Of a stretch of 64,000 nucleotides of DNA, positions 38,731 through 51,278 are shown one piece after another (position 1 is the stretch's first letter; each line of letters opens with the position of its first letter). The notes below the pieces were generated by a model. That model worked only from the letters and a program-made list of their open reading frames with translations. It did no database searches and was not told the DNA's origin. The translations under genes and the position numbers were made by a program. Origin of the DNA: Stegostoma tigrinum (taxonomy: Eukaryota); the NCBI RefSeq assembly GCF_030684315.1, contig NC_081362.1, positions 74,419,018 through 74,483,017 of the forward strand, read 5' to 3'.

Positions 38731-39920
38731 TCAAACACAAACAAGTATGATCTTTCGATCTGATAGTTGCTAAAGGAAGTGTCTAATATTGTGCAACAGT
38801 AAAGTGGTAGTTCAGCAAACCAGCCAGCAGATGTAGTTATCTCTGCTATTTTCTCAGCCTTTAAAGTAAATTCAAACAGCCAGTTTCATGCATTACTGTT
38901 AATCAGCCATATATTGCAGACAAAAATTGAATACATTTCATACTTCATAGCATAATATGGCTATTTGGATTGATATTTAAGCCTTGCTTTACACATAATG
39001 CTGCAAGTTTTGAGTGACTTGTAGATTTAGAGGTAATACTGCATTAAGATATATTATTACATCACTTACATATGATCAAGTCCTGACAAAAAATATTATA
39101 CAGCTCATCTTTCACAGAAAAGAAGAAGTTTTTTTTAATATTTCTGAAATCTAGGCAGTTTTGTGATGGAACAGTTACTCTACTGGAAATACAAAATGTT
39201 CTTATTTTGGTATTTCATTTTCAGACAACAATGAAGATGCCAATCCAGCTGTTTAACGGGTTAGTACATTTGTTAGGATAGCAGACAGAGGAATTTCAAA
39301 TAACCATTCCCATTGTGGAGTAGAATCCTACAGGATGATCTTGAAGCATGTAGGTATAAAATGTTTGTCACAGATAATTATTTCAAGTGGATAATTAACT
39401 CCTACATTTAATTACTATAACGATATAGTAAGCCATTCTCCCAAAAGGAATGTAATGGTTTAATGTTAGATTGAAAATTTAATTCACACAAACTTAAAAG
39501 GTGAACTTATCAATTAAAAAAAGCAATGATAAATTATTGTTTCACTATATCAGTCTCTTTCAAACACAAGTGTTTCAACTACCCAAAAATCAACAAAATG
39601 ATTGAGTTAAAATTAATGATGTAAGACTATGATTTCTCCTTCATTCATTAGTGTCAGAAAAATCAAGTGGAAAACTTTCAAAGTTAGTAAATGGCTTTAA
39701 ATGCCTTAAATGGCAATACGACAGAAGCAGTTACAATAATTCCTGCATTACCATTTCTCACATTTTTGGATTATTTCAACTATTCATTGGTGTGCATCAG
39801 TCCTCTTTTACCCATTCCTTTGATTAGTTAAAACAAAGTTAATTTATAAGCAATTCCCTCCCATGTGGATAACAATCTCCCAGACAAAACAAATTTATAC
39901 TTTAAAAGGAATTAACAAAG

Positions 39921-41463
39921 AGTCCTCCCCCACCGACACCCTCATCTGCTTAACCAAACTCGTCTTTACCCTTAACAAATTCTCTTTTAACTCTTTCCAC
40001 TTCCTACAGACTATGGGGGTGGCCACAGCCCCCCGCATGGACCCAAGCTATGCCTGCCTCTTTGTAAGATACATGGAACAATCCCTCTTCTGCTGCTATA
40101 CTGGCACTACTCCCACCTCTTCCTCTGCTACATTGATGACCATATTGGCGCTGCGTTGTGCTCCCACAAGGATCTTGAACAGCGCATCAACTTTACTAAC
40201 ACCTTTCACCCCAACCTCAGGTTCACCTGTATTATGTCCGGTACCTCTCTCTGCTTCCTGGTCTCTCTGTTTCCAACTCTGATGACCGCCTTGAAACAAA
40301 CATCTATTTCAAGCCCACTGACTCCCACAGCTACCTAAACTACATGTCTTCTCACCCACCCTCCTGCAAGAATGCTATTTCTTACTCCCAATTCCTCCAC
40401 CTCCACCACATCTCCTCCCAAGATGGGACATTCCTTTCCCGCACATCCCAGATGTCCTCCTATTTCAAGGACCATAACCTCTCCCCTCCAGTGAGTGAAA
40501 ATGCCTTCAAACACATTTTTTGCATTTCCCACACCTCTGCCCTCACATCGCCTCCAACCAACAAAAACATAGAATAAAGACAGAATCCCCCTTGTCCTCA
40601 CATATCACCCCACCACCTCCACTTCCCACATATCATTCTCTACTCCATCTACAATCTGACTCCCCACTCCAATCTGCCTTTTGGGAGGGACCGCTCTCTA
40701 CGTGGCTCCCTCGTCCACTCTGTACTCCCCACTAGCCCCACCATCCCTGGCACATTTCCCTGCAAGCGTAGGAGGTGCTACACCCGCCCCTACACCTCTC
40801 CCCTCACCTCCAATCAAGGCAAAAAACAAACCTGCGACATCAGACACGGGTTCATCTGCACATCCGTTAACTTGGTCTACTGTTTCCGCTACTCTTGATG
40901 TGGCCTCCACTACATTGGTGAGACCAAGCAGAGACTCAGAGACCATTTTGTAGAACATCTGCACTTTGTACGCTATAATCAACAACACCTTCTTGTCGCG
41001 AAACTTTTTAATTTCCTCTTCCATTCCCTGGGTGACATGTCCATCCTGGGCCTGCTCCAGTGTCACAATGACGCCACCCGCAAACTGGAGGAGCAACACC
41101 TCATGTTCCTCCTTGGGAGCCTACAGCCTGATGTCCTAAACATGGGTTTTACCAGTTTCAAAATCTCCCCAGCCCAGGCTCATCCAATGACCAACCGTCC
41201 CTCTCACCCCCACCTCTTTGACCTGACACAACCTATCCATCTTCACTCCTACCTATCCGCCATTCCCACCTCACTGACCAATCCCTGCCACTCCCTGCCT
41301 ACATCCATCACCCTCCCACATACCTTCCCCAGTGCAACCCCTCTCTCTATTTATTTCGTAAACCACCCCCTCCCCACTTCTGAAGAAGGGTCCCGACCCG
41401 AAACGTTAGCTTTCCTGTTCCTCTGATACTGCCTGGCCTGCTGTGTTCCTCCACCTTCAGACT
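39921..41463 (+). mobile_element. Degenerate Penelope-like element (RT, EN and pLTR)
   Basis: Frameshifted LVFTLNKFSFNS.HFLQTMGVA, YIDD, SHPPSCKNAISYSQF and SILGLLQCHNDATRKLEEQHL. Hammerhead-like core CTGAAGAAGGGTCCCGACCCGAAACGTT at 41380-41407. Confidence 0.88.
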
Positions 41464-41484
41464 TCAGGAACAAAGAGTTTAGTT

Positions 41485-41715
41485 GTCATAGAGATAAAGT
41501 TATACAGCCTGGAAACAGACCCTTTGGTCCAAATTGTCCATGCCGACTAGCTATCCTAAACTGATTGAGTCCCATTTGTCAAAATTTAGCCCATATCCCT
41601 CTAAACCCTTCCTGTTCACCTACCCATCCAGATGCCTTTTAAATGTTGTAATTGTACCAGACTCCACCACATCCTCTGGCAGCTCGTTCTGTACATGTAC
41701 CACCCTGTGGGTGGA
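41485..41715 (-). mobile_element. CR1 3' terminal fragment
   Basis: cccatatccctctaaacccttcctgttcacctacccatccagatgccttttaaatgttgtaattgtacc...tcctctggcagctc; same family as 4408-4580. Confidence 0.7.
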
Positions 41716-42725
41716 ATGAGCAATTAAATGCTAAATGAAATATTGAAGCAACACATACACCCAATCAGAAAAGAGAGGTGAATCCAAACCAGAAGATGAA
41801 AGTTAGAAGATGTATGTACCAGTCTTTGAGTAATTTATGAAGAATTTACAGGCAAACATTGCAGCTGATGCAGTCTGTTTTGCAAAGTGCTGATGTTGGT
41901 AGTTGAACAGGTGAACAGGATTCTTGGCTTTGCAGGTCCAGTGAAATTTCTTTCTCTTGGATCCTTTCAATGGTATCTGGCAGCGCTCAGAGGGACAGTC
42001 TTGTTTTTGAATCTGTTGAGGGGTGTTCAATAGCTGTTCTCAAAGCTGTGACCTTCACAGCATACTAAATCACACTTTAGAAGATCACTAACACACAGAG
42101 ACCACGTTCAAAGCTTATTTGATTCCCTGTTTATTTCGAAAAGGGGAAAATGCAAATATGGCTCCCAACTCGACTGCTGTCTTTTCTTGGCCAGCATCTT
42201 TACATTCTGAAATCCTGACAGGATTACAGTTCAGTTTGTAGAGGTTTTCTCTCTTTGAAACTTCTTCAAAACCTGCAAGGTGTGACTTTCCAGAGTTCCT
42301 TTCCAGGTAGTCACTGGATTTACATTCCCAGCCGCTTTAGCTATATCAGTCCACTTGCAAAACACACAAGTTATGATCTGTGGTCATATCACCATCTACA
42401 TCTGTTAACCGCTGATTCCTTTGCCAGACTATATTCTATGGCAGACTATACTTTAGGCTAAGAGTTGCAATTTTGGATTGTTTCATACTGTGTTTCACTT
42501 TGTGAATTGATCAGGTTTTCTTATGCTATTATGTGCAGCTCACTTCATCACATTATGTCCCATGCTGCCATATTGTCATTCCTTTTGTGTACTCACCAAC
42601 AACAGGAGTACACATTCTTCTGGGATTTCTGCTACCAGTGCCATATTTAAACTGTACATCAGGTCCATTGCTGCGAGACAGGAACTGCCTCTCGCAGTTA
42701 TAGTCTGGGAAGAATTGCCATAGAA

Positions 42726-43350
42726 GTGGCTGACAGAGGCAAGATGATAGCTCAATTTTCTGGCAAGAGCCGAGAGGTCCTGGTGGACAGGCTGTGGAGA
42801 GCTGGGCCATCATCTTTCTTGTAGGCTGCCAGCAGAAAGCATTCCACCAGACCTACCAGCTTGGTCAATGCATTGTCCACATTCCGGAGATTCTTCAAGT
42901 AATGCAGCAAAGGTCTCCATCTCCTCTCTGCGACCTTACACTTACAAACTCGACTGCTGCACCCACCTCCCGCTGAGAGCATGCTCTATCACTCTCAGTG
43001 CTGCTTGCAACATCACGGCATGTTCATTGTCACCATTCCAGCCTCCCCAGACTACAAACCCCACATTCCCTCTGCACCTCCCACCTCGCTCACTTGGCAC
43101 ACTTCCCCTCCTTTATCACACCTGCACCTGAACAAGAAGGTCCGCTGCCCACTTTGATCCCACTCAGTTCCAGCCATTGTCTCATTCCAAGAGAAAACAA
43201 CCCAGAATAGAGTGGAGAGGGCCAAGGAAGATGGTTAGGTGACCGAAATTCATCCTCTCAACCCCTTACAAGGAGAGAATCCTTGTCTTAGCAGGAGAAG
43301 ACCGTGATCCTTTCATATGGTGATGGCGAAGACCTCCAAATCGTAGCAAG
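42726..43350 (+). mobile_element. Decayed PIF/Harbinger Myb/SANT-domain ORF remnant
   Basis: Stitched across frameshifts: VADRGKMIAQFSGKSREVLVDR..VESWAIIF...VNALSTFRRFFK*CSK, then ERAKEDG*VTEIHPL..YKERILVLAGEDRD. This follows the Myb_DNA-bind_5/NAIF1-like pattern (F-S-x-x-x-L-E-x-L-V...VNA....RR...C.KK; TGGG...LT..EE). Confidence 0.55.
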
Positions 43351-43599
43351 TAAAATTCATTGTGGCTTTTTCACAGGGTGGGGGACTTCATGGCTCGTGT
43401 GCAAATTTTTAAGGTGAGAGGAGAAAGATTGAAAAAAAGACATGAAGGGAATTTTTTTTTGCACAGAAAGTGGTTCGTGTTTGGAAGGAACTTCCAGAGG
43501 AAGTGGTGGACTTTGATTTAATTTATTGTTGTCAGATGTACCTAAGAAGAGTGAAAAGTTTTGTTTTGTAAGCAGTACAGGGAAATAATAGCATTCAAG

Positions 43600-43902
43600 G
43601 GGGCACAGTGGTTCAGTGGTTAGCACTGCCGCCTCACAGTGCCAGGGACTCGGGTTTGATACCAGTCACAGGCGGCTGTCTGTGTGGAGTGTGCACATGC
43701 TCCCTGTATCTACGTGGGTTACTCTGGGTGCTCCAGGTTCCTCCCACAGTCCAAATATGTGCAGGCTCGGTGGATTGGCCACGGGAAATGAAGGGTTACA
43801 GGGGCAGGATGGTGTGGTGGGTCTGGACAGGTTGCTTTCCAGAGGGTCAGTGTGTTCTCAATGGGCTGACTGGCCCGCTTCCACATTGTAAGGATTCTGT
43901 GA
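43600..43902 (+). mobile_element. tRNA-derived V-SINE (HE1-like)
   Basis: ggggcacagtggttcagtggttagcactgccgcctcacagtgccagggactcgggtttgatacc head, V-domain, tail ccacattgtaaggattctgtga. Confidence 0.88.
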
Positions 43903-44009
43903 ACAAGAACACACAGTTTATAGAGTGTCTAGATAGAGTGATGCATACAAGGTTACAGCTGCACAGGAGGTGCACAGACACAAGATCAACATCAGATGTG
44001 AAATTTTAG

Positions 44010-45160
44010 AGTCTAATAACAGCAAGGAAGAAGGTGTGCTTGACCCTGCTGGTGCGTGTGTTTAAGCTTGTGTATCTTCTACCTGATGGAAGAGATTGGA
44101 TGAGCATACAACCAGGTGGGAAACGTCTTTAATGATGTTGGCAATCTTTCCACAGCAACGAGAAGTGTAGATGGAGACTTGGGATGGGAGGTTGGCTTCC
44201 ATGATGATCTGGGCTGTGTACACAACTTTCTGTAATTTCTTACCGTCCTGGGCAGAGCAGTTGCTGTACCAGGCTGTAATGCACCCAAATTCACTTGCTA
44301 TCTATGATGATGATTGGTGAGAGTCCTTACGGCCATGCCAAATTTCCTAAGCCTCTAGAAGAAGAAGAGGCATTGGTGTGCCTTCTTGACCAAATGTAGC
44401 ATCTACGTGGGATTTTCAGGACAAATTGTTGGTTATCGTCACTCCTAGGAACTAGAACGTCTTGACCCGCTCCACCTCAACTCCATTGACGTAGATAGTG
44501 ACATGTCCTTCTCCTTTCTTCCTGAAGCCAACGATCAGGTCTTTAGTTTTGCTGACATTGAGGGAGAGATTGTTATCATTGCATCACAGCACGATGCATT
44601 TTGTCTCCATCCTGTATTCTGGCTCATCATTATTTGTTATCGAGCCCACAAAAGTGGTGTCATCAGCATACTTGTAGATGGTGTTCATATGAAATTTGGC
44701 TACACAGTCATGGGTGTACAAAGAGTACAGTAGAGGGCTCATAACACATCCTTGCAGGGTGCCAGTGTTGAGGATTATTGTGGAGGAGATGTTGTAGTCT
44801 ATCTTCACTGATTGCAGTGTGTAGGTTAAGAAGCTGAGGATCCAGTTGCAGAGGGTGGAGTCTTGGATTTTGGAGATTAGTTTGGTTGGGATTATAGTGT
44901 TGAAGGCGGAGCTGTAGTCAATAAGTAGAAGCCTGACACAGGTATCTTTAATGTCCAAATGTTCCAGGGATGAGTGTAGGGCTGGGGAAATGGCATCCGC
45001 TGTGGATCTGTTACATCAGTCAGCAAATTGCAGGGGAATGAGGCAGGCTGGGAGGCTAGAGTAGACGTAGGCCATGACTAAACTTTTGAAGCAATTTACG
45101 GTTCTGGAGGTCAGAGCCACCAGGCAGTATTTGTTGAGACAGGTTACATGTGTTTTCTTG
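44010..45160 (-). mobile_element. Rex1/Babar-type LINE RT fragment
   Basis: ORF 44584..44958 [17 protein letters not shown]...[10 protein letters not shown]...[22 protein letters not shown]...[15 protein letters not shown] and [13 protein letters not shown] are characteristic of Rex1/Babar RTs. Confidence 0.8.
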
Positions 45161-45709
45161 AGGGTAAAGTTACACCTTATAAAAGACATTTTGATAAGTA
45201 CGTGAATAAAAAAATGCTTGAGGGGCCATAGGCCAAGTTCAGGCAGTTTAGTTTGGGATTATGGTTGGCACGGACTGGTTGCACCGAAGTGTCTGTTGCC
45301 GAGCAGTATGACCCATACACTCTCTGACTGTACAAGTGACATGCTGCTTCCCCATTACCGTCACTGACAATGTATCCTTAACATGCCCAAACTCCCATCA
45401 GTTATTCTGAATTCCTTCTCTTGCCTCCCCTGCAGGCATTAGCTGCATCAGGGTGTCCCTCAATGCTAACTCAATGGTTCTGCCCCTGGCATGCATGCAT
45501 CTGACTTTCTCCATGGACAGGTAGGTGGCTGCTATGTAGACCTAGGTGTAGCACTGTCAGCACCTGCTGGATATTCGCACAGACCTGTTCTCCATTGCTC
45601 CAGCTGATGCCCAGGATTAGGATGGAATGAAAAACGGTAACACATCATGGATTGAGGCACTCAGCCTCTCACCTAGGTGACCTCCCCCCACAGCTGCCAT
45701 GTTGTTTAA

Positions 45710-45846
45710 TGAGGAAAGGTCACCGGACCTGAAATGTTAACTCGATTTTCTCCTTCACAGATGCTGCTAGACCTGCTGAGCTTTTCCAGCAACTTTGTTT
45801 TTGTTCCTGATTTTACAGTATCCGCAGTTCTTCTGGTTTTTTTTAT
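45710..45846 (+). mobile_element. PLE pLTR tail-only element starting within the hammerhead core
   Basis: tgaggaaaggtcaccggacctgaaatgttaactc...gatgctgctagacctgctgagcttttccagcaac. Confidence 0.8.
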
Positions 45847-46806
45847 GTTGCTTTCTGCATTGCTCTCCCTGTCAAACAGATTAGCTTTGATCTTCCTCAT
45901 TTTCCCACTAAATCTTTTATTTAAGCACTAACCTTTCCACTTTACCTCCAAGCCCCAGACATATAACTTAGCTGTGACAAACACAGTTATGCACTTAGCC
46001 CCCATCAAAGTCAGGATCATGAAGGCCATCAATGATCTCCATCTCACAGTACCCCTTGCTGTCCCATGCTCTATCACCATATTCCTCCCATATAGGTTGT
46101 GTTGTCCCTCACCACAATTATTGTTCCCTCTGCATCCCAACATGCTACCTCCGATGTTAACTTCCCCAGTTTCCCATCACAGCACTGGACCCTGATAATA
46201 CCCCCTTGACTTTCAATGAACAGATTCCTTGGATTGACTGTGGCCGACCTCCCTAACTGACTAGGAAAAGCCATTCCAACAGATGAGTGACCATAGCCCT
46301 AATTGATCTCTGTACAATTCCATGACTAATTTACCTCTAATCCCCTTCCTGGTTGCACTGGACTTGCAGAACAGGCCATCGTCCAATTCCCAAACTGTGG
46401 TGATATCAGCCCCTTAACTCTGACCAGTTGAGCCACTTGACTGAGCATGGCCAAGAGTCAGTCTACCTTAATCTGACTAAGGACTGCTTCTGTTAGCCTT
46501 CAAGAATGGCCATTTGGTTGAAGCGCCTTTGCCATATAAATTGCCTACAAATGCTGCAGGTGTGACATTGATGTAGTATTAATGTATATTAACACAGCCA
46601 CCTCCATTTCCTTTTGGTCTGTATTAAAAGGTAAGGTGTGTCAGCAGTGCTCAATGCACTGGCTCTTCTCTCTGGTCCAAAAAAGCAAAGCAGCACGTGC
46701 TACGTCCGAATCCATCAAGAAAACCAACTCCTGCTCTGCACAGCACCACTAACCAGTCATGAATCTGAGAGAATATCTTTCCCATTTGCTGGCACATTAA
46801 TCACAA

Positions 46807-46951
46807 GTGAATCAGAGAATGAAAGAGTTAAACAGTAGAGAAAAGGCCTTTAAGCACATCATATCTGCACTATCGGGTGCAAGTTAATTCAGTGAGCATA
46901 TATTTTAATGACTAAACATGACATGCTGATGCATTACATACAGGTTATCAA
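46807..46951 (+). repeat. Donor copy of a 145-bp local duplication
   Basis: Identical except for 2 substitutions to 47875-48019. Confidence 0.92.
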
Positions 46952-47874
46952 CACTTGGATTTAATTTGCCATTGATGGGTTTCCCAATGTTCATCCACAG
47001 CTGAGAAGTTGACACTTCACCTCCCACACAATTAAAATCCCCCCTCTGCCTCATCTCCTGCCATTGTGAGGATCATTAGATTTTAGCCATAGTTCCTTCA
47101 AGTGATCTTTTTAATCAGTTTTTGACTACTTCTTGTTCAAAGTATCATAGAAAATTTGTATATTAACATGTCATATGATAATTAGACTCTCCTGCTAGTG
47201 GCAGTATTGTTATGTGTCAGTATTGTGTCTCCCAGCTTCTCAACTTGCAATGAAAATCTTCTGCTGCAACTAACTATACTTCCATATTTCTTTATGACCG
47301 TGTTTTGATATTTTTAATTATAATGATGTATAAAAAAACAAGGATATAATGCACAATTGTCAGTCTGTGCATCCAGGCCAATTATTTCGGAACTTTTGAC
47401 GCAGCTTTATCTGGAAATCATAGTTAGACCTGACATCACATGTAACAGCTTAGAAAAATGACTTCTATCAACTCTACATCGCTCAGATATTTTAAGTAAT
47501 CAGAAAAATGGCAGCAATATTAACATGCAGCTTCACTTCCTTGGAAACAATAAGGATTGCAGATGCTGGAGACCAGAGTCTATGGGTGTGAGGCTGGAAA
47601 AACACAGCAGGTCAGACAGCATTGGAGGAGCAGGAAAGTCAACGTTTTGGGCCAAAACCCTTCGAGAGTCAAGACTGGGGAGGGGGTGGGGCGCCCAGAA
47701 ATAAATGAGGGGGGAAAGCGGTGGCTTGCCGAATGGTAGGAGAGATGGTGTTAGGTGGATGCAGGTAGGGGTTTATTGTGATTGGTCAGTGGGAAGAGTG
47801 GAGCAGATAGGTGAGTAGGAAGATAGACAGGTTAGGTCAGGCCAGGGAGGTGAGGAGGAGGGGAAGGTCTGGAC

Positions 47875-48019
47875 GTGAATCAGAGAATGAAAGAGTTAAA
47901 CAGTAGAGAAAAGGCCTTTAAGCACATCATATCTGCACTATCGGGTGCAAGTTAATTCAGTGAGCATGTATTTTAATGACTAAACATGACATGCTGATGC
48001 ATTACATACAGGCTATCAA
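47875..48019 (+). repeat. Inserted copy of 46807-46951 inside the PLE
   Basis: 145-bp direct copy, 1068 bp downstream of the donor, flanked by PLE sequence on both sides. Confidence 0.92.
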
Positions 48020-49960
48020 GTGACAGGTGCTGTTCTTCAAGTTTATGTTTGGCCTTACTCTGACAGTGGAGGAGGCCAAGGATGGACATGTCATCAGAGG
48101 AGCAGGAAGGGGAATTAAAATGGATGGTAACAGTAAGGTCGGGTTGGTTGATGCATATAGAGCACAGATGCTCTGTGAACCAGTCCCCAAGTCTGCATTT
48201 GGTCTCCCCAATATAGACAGACGGCATAGGGAGGAATGGATACAATAGGTCAGGTTGGATGAAGTGCAGGTGAATGTCTGCCCGATTTGGAAAGATTGTT
48301 TGGGGCTTGGACTGAGATGTGAGGGGGAGGCTAGGGGGCAGGTGTTACACCTCTTCCAGCTGCAGGGAAATGTACCGGGTGTGGTGGAAAAGTTGGTTGG
48401 GAGTGTAGAACTGACGAGAGAGTCACGAAGTGAGTGGCTCCTGCGGAAACTGGGAGGGAAATATCTTTTTGGAGATGGGAGATGGTAGAACGCCTCATCC
48501 TGGGAGCAGCTGTGATGGGGGTGGAGGAATTGGGAGTATGCATTAGCACTTTTTCAGGAGGGTGAGTGAGAGGTGCTATAGTCGAGGTAGTTGTGGGAGT
48601 CAGTGGGTTTCAATGGATGTTAGTGGTGAATGGATTTCTGGAGATGGAGATGGAGATGTTCAGGAAGGGGAGGGAGGTGTCTGAAATGGTCGAGGTGAAT
48701 TTCAGAGCCGAGTGGAAGATGTTGGCAAAGTTGATGAACCGCTCAAGCACTTTGCAGGAGTATGAGGCCATGTTGATACTGTCATCCATGTAGTGGAGAA
48801 AGTGAGGGATGGTGCCAATTGGGTTATGGAAGAGGGACTATTCCGTGAATCCTGCAAAGAGACAGGCATAGATCAGGATCATGCAGGGTGCCCATGTCCA
48901 ACCATTTGGCTTGTAGGAAGTGGGAGGAATTGAAGGAAAAATTGTTGAGAGTGAAGACCAGTTATGTTGAGCAAATGAGAATGTCATTGGAGGGGGACTG
49001 GTTAGATCTATGGGAGAGGAAGAAGCAGAGGGCTTTTAGGCCCTCATGTAGGGGATACAGATGTACAGGGACTGAACATCCATGCAAAGATGAGGTGATG
49101 GGGCTAGGGAATTGAATGTTTTGGAAAAGATGAAGGGCATGGGTTATGAACCAAATGTAGGTGGGGAGTTCCTGGATAAAAAGGGAAACAATGGAGTCTG
49201 GCTAGGAGAAGATGAGGTCAGTGGGCAGGAGCAGGCAGAGACAATTGTTGTCCAGAGCAGTTGGGTTTATGGATTTTGAGAAGGAGATAGAAATGTGTGG
49301 TGTGGGGTTGGGGAACTGTTAGGTTAGAGGCTGTTGACGGGAGATCTTCTGAAGTGATGAGGTTGTTGTTGGTCTGGGAGATGATGGCTCAGTGATCAGA
49401 GGTGGGGTCATGATCGAGGGGACAGTAGGAGGAAATGTTGGAGAGTTGGTGTCTAGCCTCAGCTACATAGAGGTCAGTATGCCGTACTACCACTATGTCC
49501 ACACCCTCCTTGTTGGTGGGTTTAATAGTGAGGTTGGGGTTGGTACGAAGGGAGTAGAGGGCTGTTAAGTGAGAGGGGGGAGAGATTGAGGTGGTCATTG
49601 GTGCAGCGGAAGTTGGAGATGAAGAGTTCGACAGAACATAGAAGGCCAGGCGGGAGTGTCCAGGAAAATGGGGTTTGTTGGAGGTGGGAGAAGGGGTCAG
49701 CAAAGGTGGGTTGGGTTCCCGCTCAAAGAAATAGGTGCGGAGGCAGGAGGTGGCAGAAAAACAGCTCAATATCCTGGCAAGCGTGGAATTTGTTCATGTG
49801 TGGGCACAGGAGAATGAAGGTGAGTCCTTTACTGAACACAGACTGTTCAGCCTCAGTGAGGGGGAGACCTGGCAGGGCTTGGTGCTGGGACTGGGTATAG
49901 AACTGGAGGAGGTAGAGATTCAATAGGAGTGGGTGTGTGCACTGGAGGGTTCACATGGGT

Positions 49961-50135
49961 GGAAGCAGAAGTCACGCAATTGTCATTGATGCTGGCTGTC
50001 ACACGGTCTTCTACATTGGCAAAAACAGCAGTCACATGGTCTTCGACATCGGTGGAAGTGGCAGTCACATGGGCTTTGACATCAGTAGAAACAGCAGTCA
50101 CATGATCTTCTATATCAGTGGAAGCGGTAGTCACA
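49961..50135 (-). repeat. 39-bp minisatellite within the PLE N-terminal coding region (13-aa repeat)
   Basis: Translates as TTASTDIEDHVTAVSTDVKAHVTATSTDVEDHVTAVFANVEDRVTAS in ORF 49853..50530. Confidence 0.75.
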
Positions 50136-50385
50136 CAATTATATAGGAGTGGTTGGAGCACCTGGGTGGTCAATGGTATTGGGCTAATCCCAGAGAAGGT
50201 CGGAGATAAGGTTATGATGCTGAATGGTTGAGGAGGTCTGTGTCTGGGTTTGAGTATGGGAGAGTTTGGTGTACTTGCAATCTCCGATGTCCAGTAGGGT
50301 GGAGAAAACGCATTTGTTGAGGGTGTGGATCCTTCTGAGAACAAAGAACAGTAGAGGTCCTCTGGAGGTCTGGGGGAGAGAGTGG

Positions 50386-50387
<2 letters not shown>

Positions 50388-50429
<42 letters not shown>
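50388..50429. repeat. (GA)21 microsatellite
   Basis: Uninterrupted GA dinucleotide run. Confidence 0.95.
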
Positions 50430-50431
<2 letters not shown>

Positions 50432-51125
50432 CTGAGCTGGGGCAAGGCTGATTGCAGGGATAGAAGGTGTTGACACATGGCAGAGAGTGTGGAGCTGAGA
50501 ATCTGTAGGGACAACCATTTTTGGAGGCACTGGAGGTACTGTAGATAATGATTGTCACAGCTGGGTCCAAATTGTGAAAGTCTGAATGTAATTTGGAGGT
50601 CATGGGAATGAGCTGCTGTGTAGACAGGCACTGAGGAAGGAGACATGGCTGCGGTATTGTAATTGCTTCTGAATGTGGTTGACAAGCTTCAGGGCAGAGG
50701 AGATAACTGAGGTGTTACGGTGGGAGAGAAGCTGACTGAGCTCTCTTCCTTTATTTTAAAAATGGATAATGGCCTGGTATTGCTGAAGTTCATTTTTCCG
50801 TGATATTCAGATAAGCAAACTGGCAATTTTCAATTTGTCAAATAAGAAGAAGCAGTCTGAAATGTTATTATAGATTCCATTTGCAAGGTTATCAGTTTAC
50901 AGTCAAGCTTTAAGCTTAATATGAGCTATATGGTTTCAATTTAACAGTTCTTAGTTTTATTTACCGATTATAAAAAATAGTGGTCGCAATGTGGCTACTT
51001 TTAACTGCCCTCTGAAACGGCTGAGCAAGTCACTCAGTTCAAAGATAACTGCCAGCCTTACTGGTGAACTCCACATGAAAGAATAAAGGAAAAAAAAATG
51101 TAATTTACAATATTTTCTTCATTTA

Positions 51126-51278
<153 letters not shown>

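Larger units (their letters stand above)
47545..50740 (-). mobile_element. Long degenerate Penelope-like element including the N-terminal region, interrupted by a 145-bp insertion
   Basis: Minus-strand remnants LTEAEQSVFSKGLTFI (conserved PLE N-terminal motif), LTIKPTNKEG..VV...DLYVAEARHQLS, and YIGETKCRLGDWFTEH; pLTR tail at 47545-47670. Confidence 0.85.
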
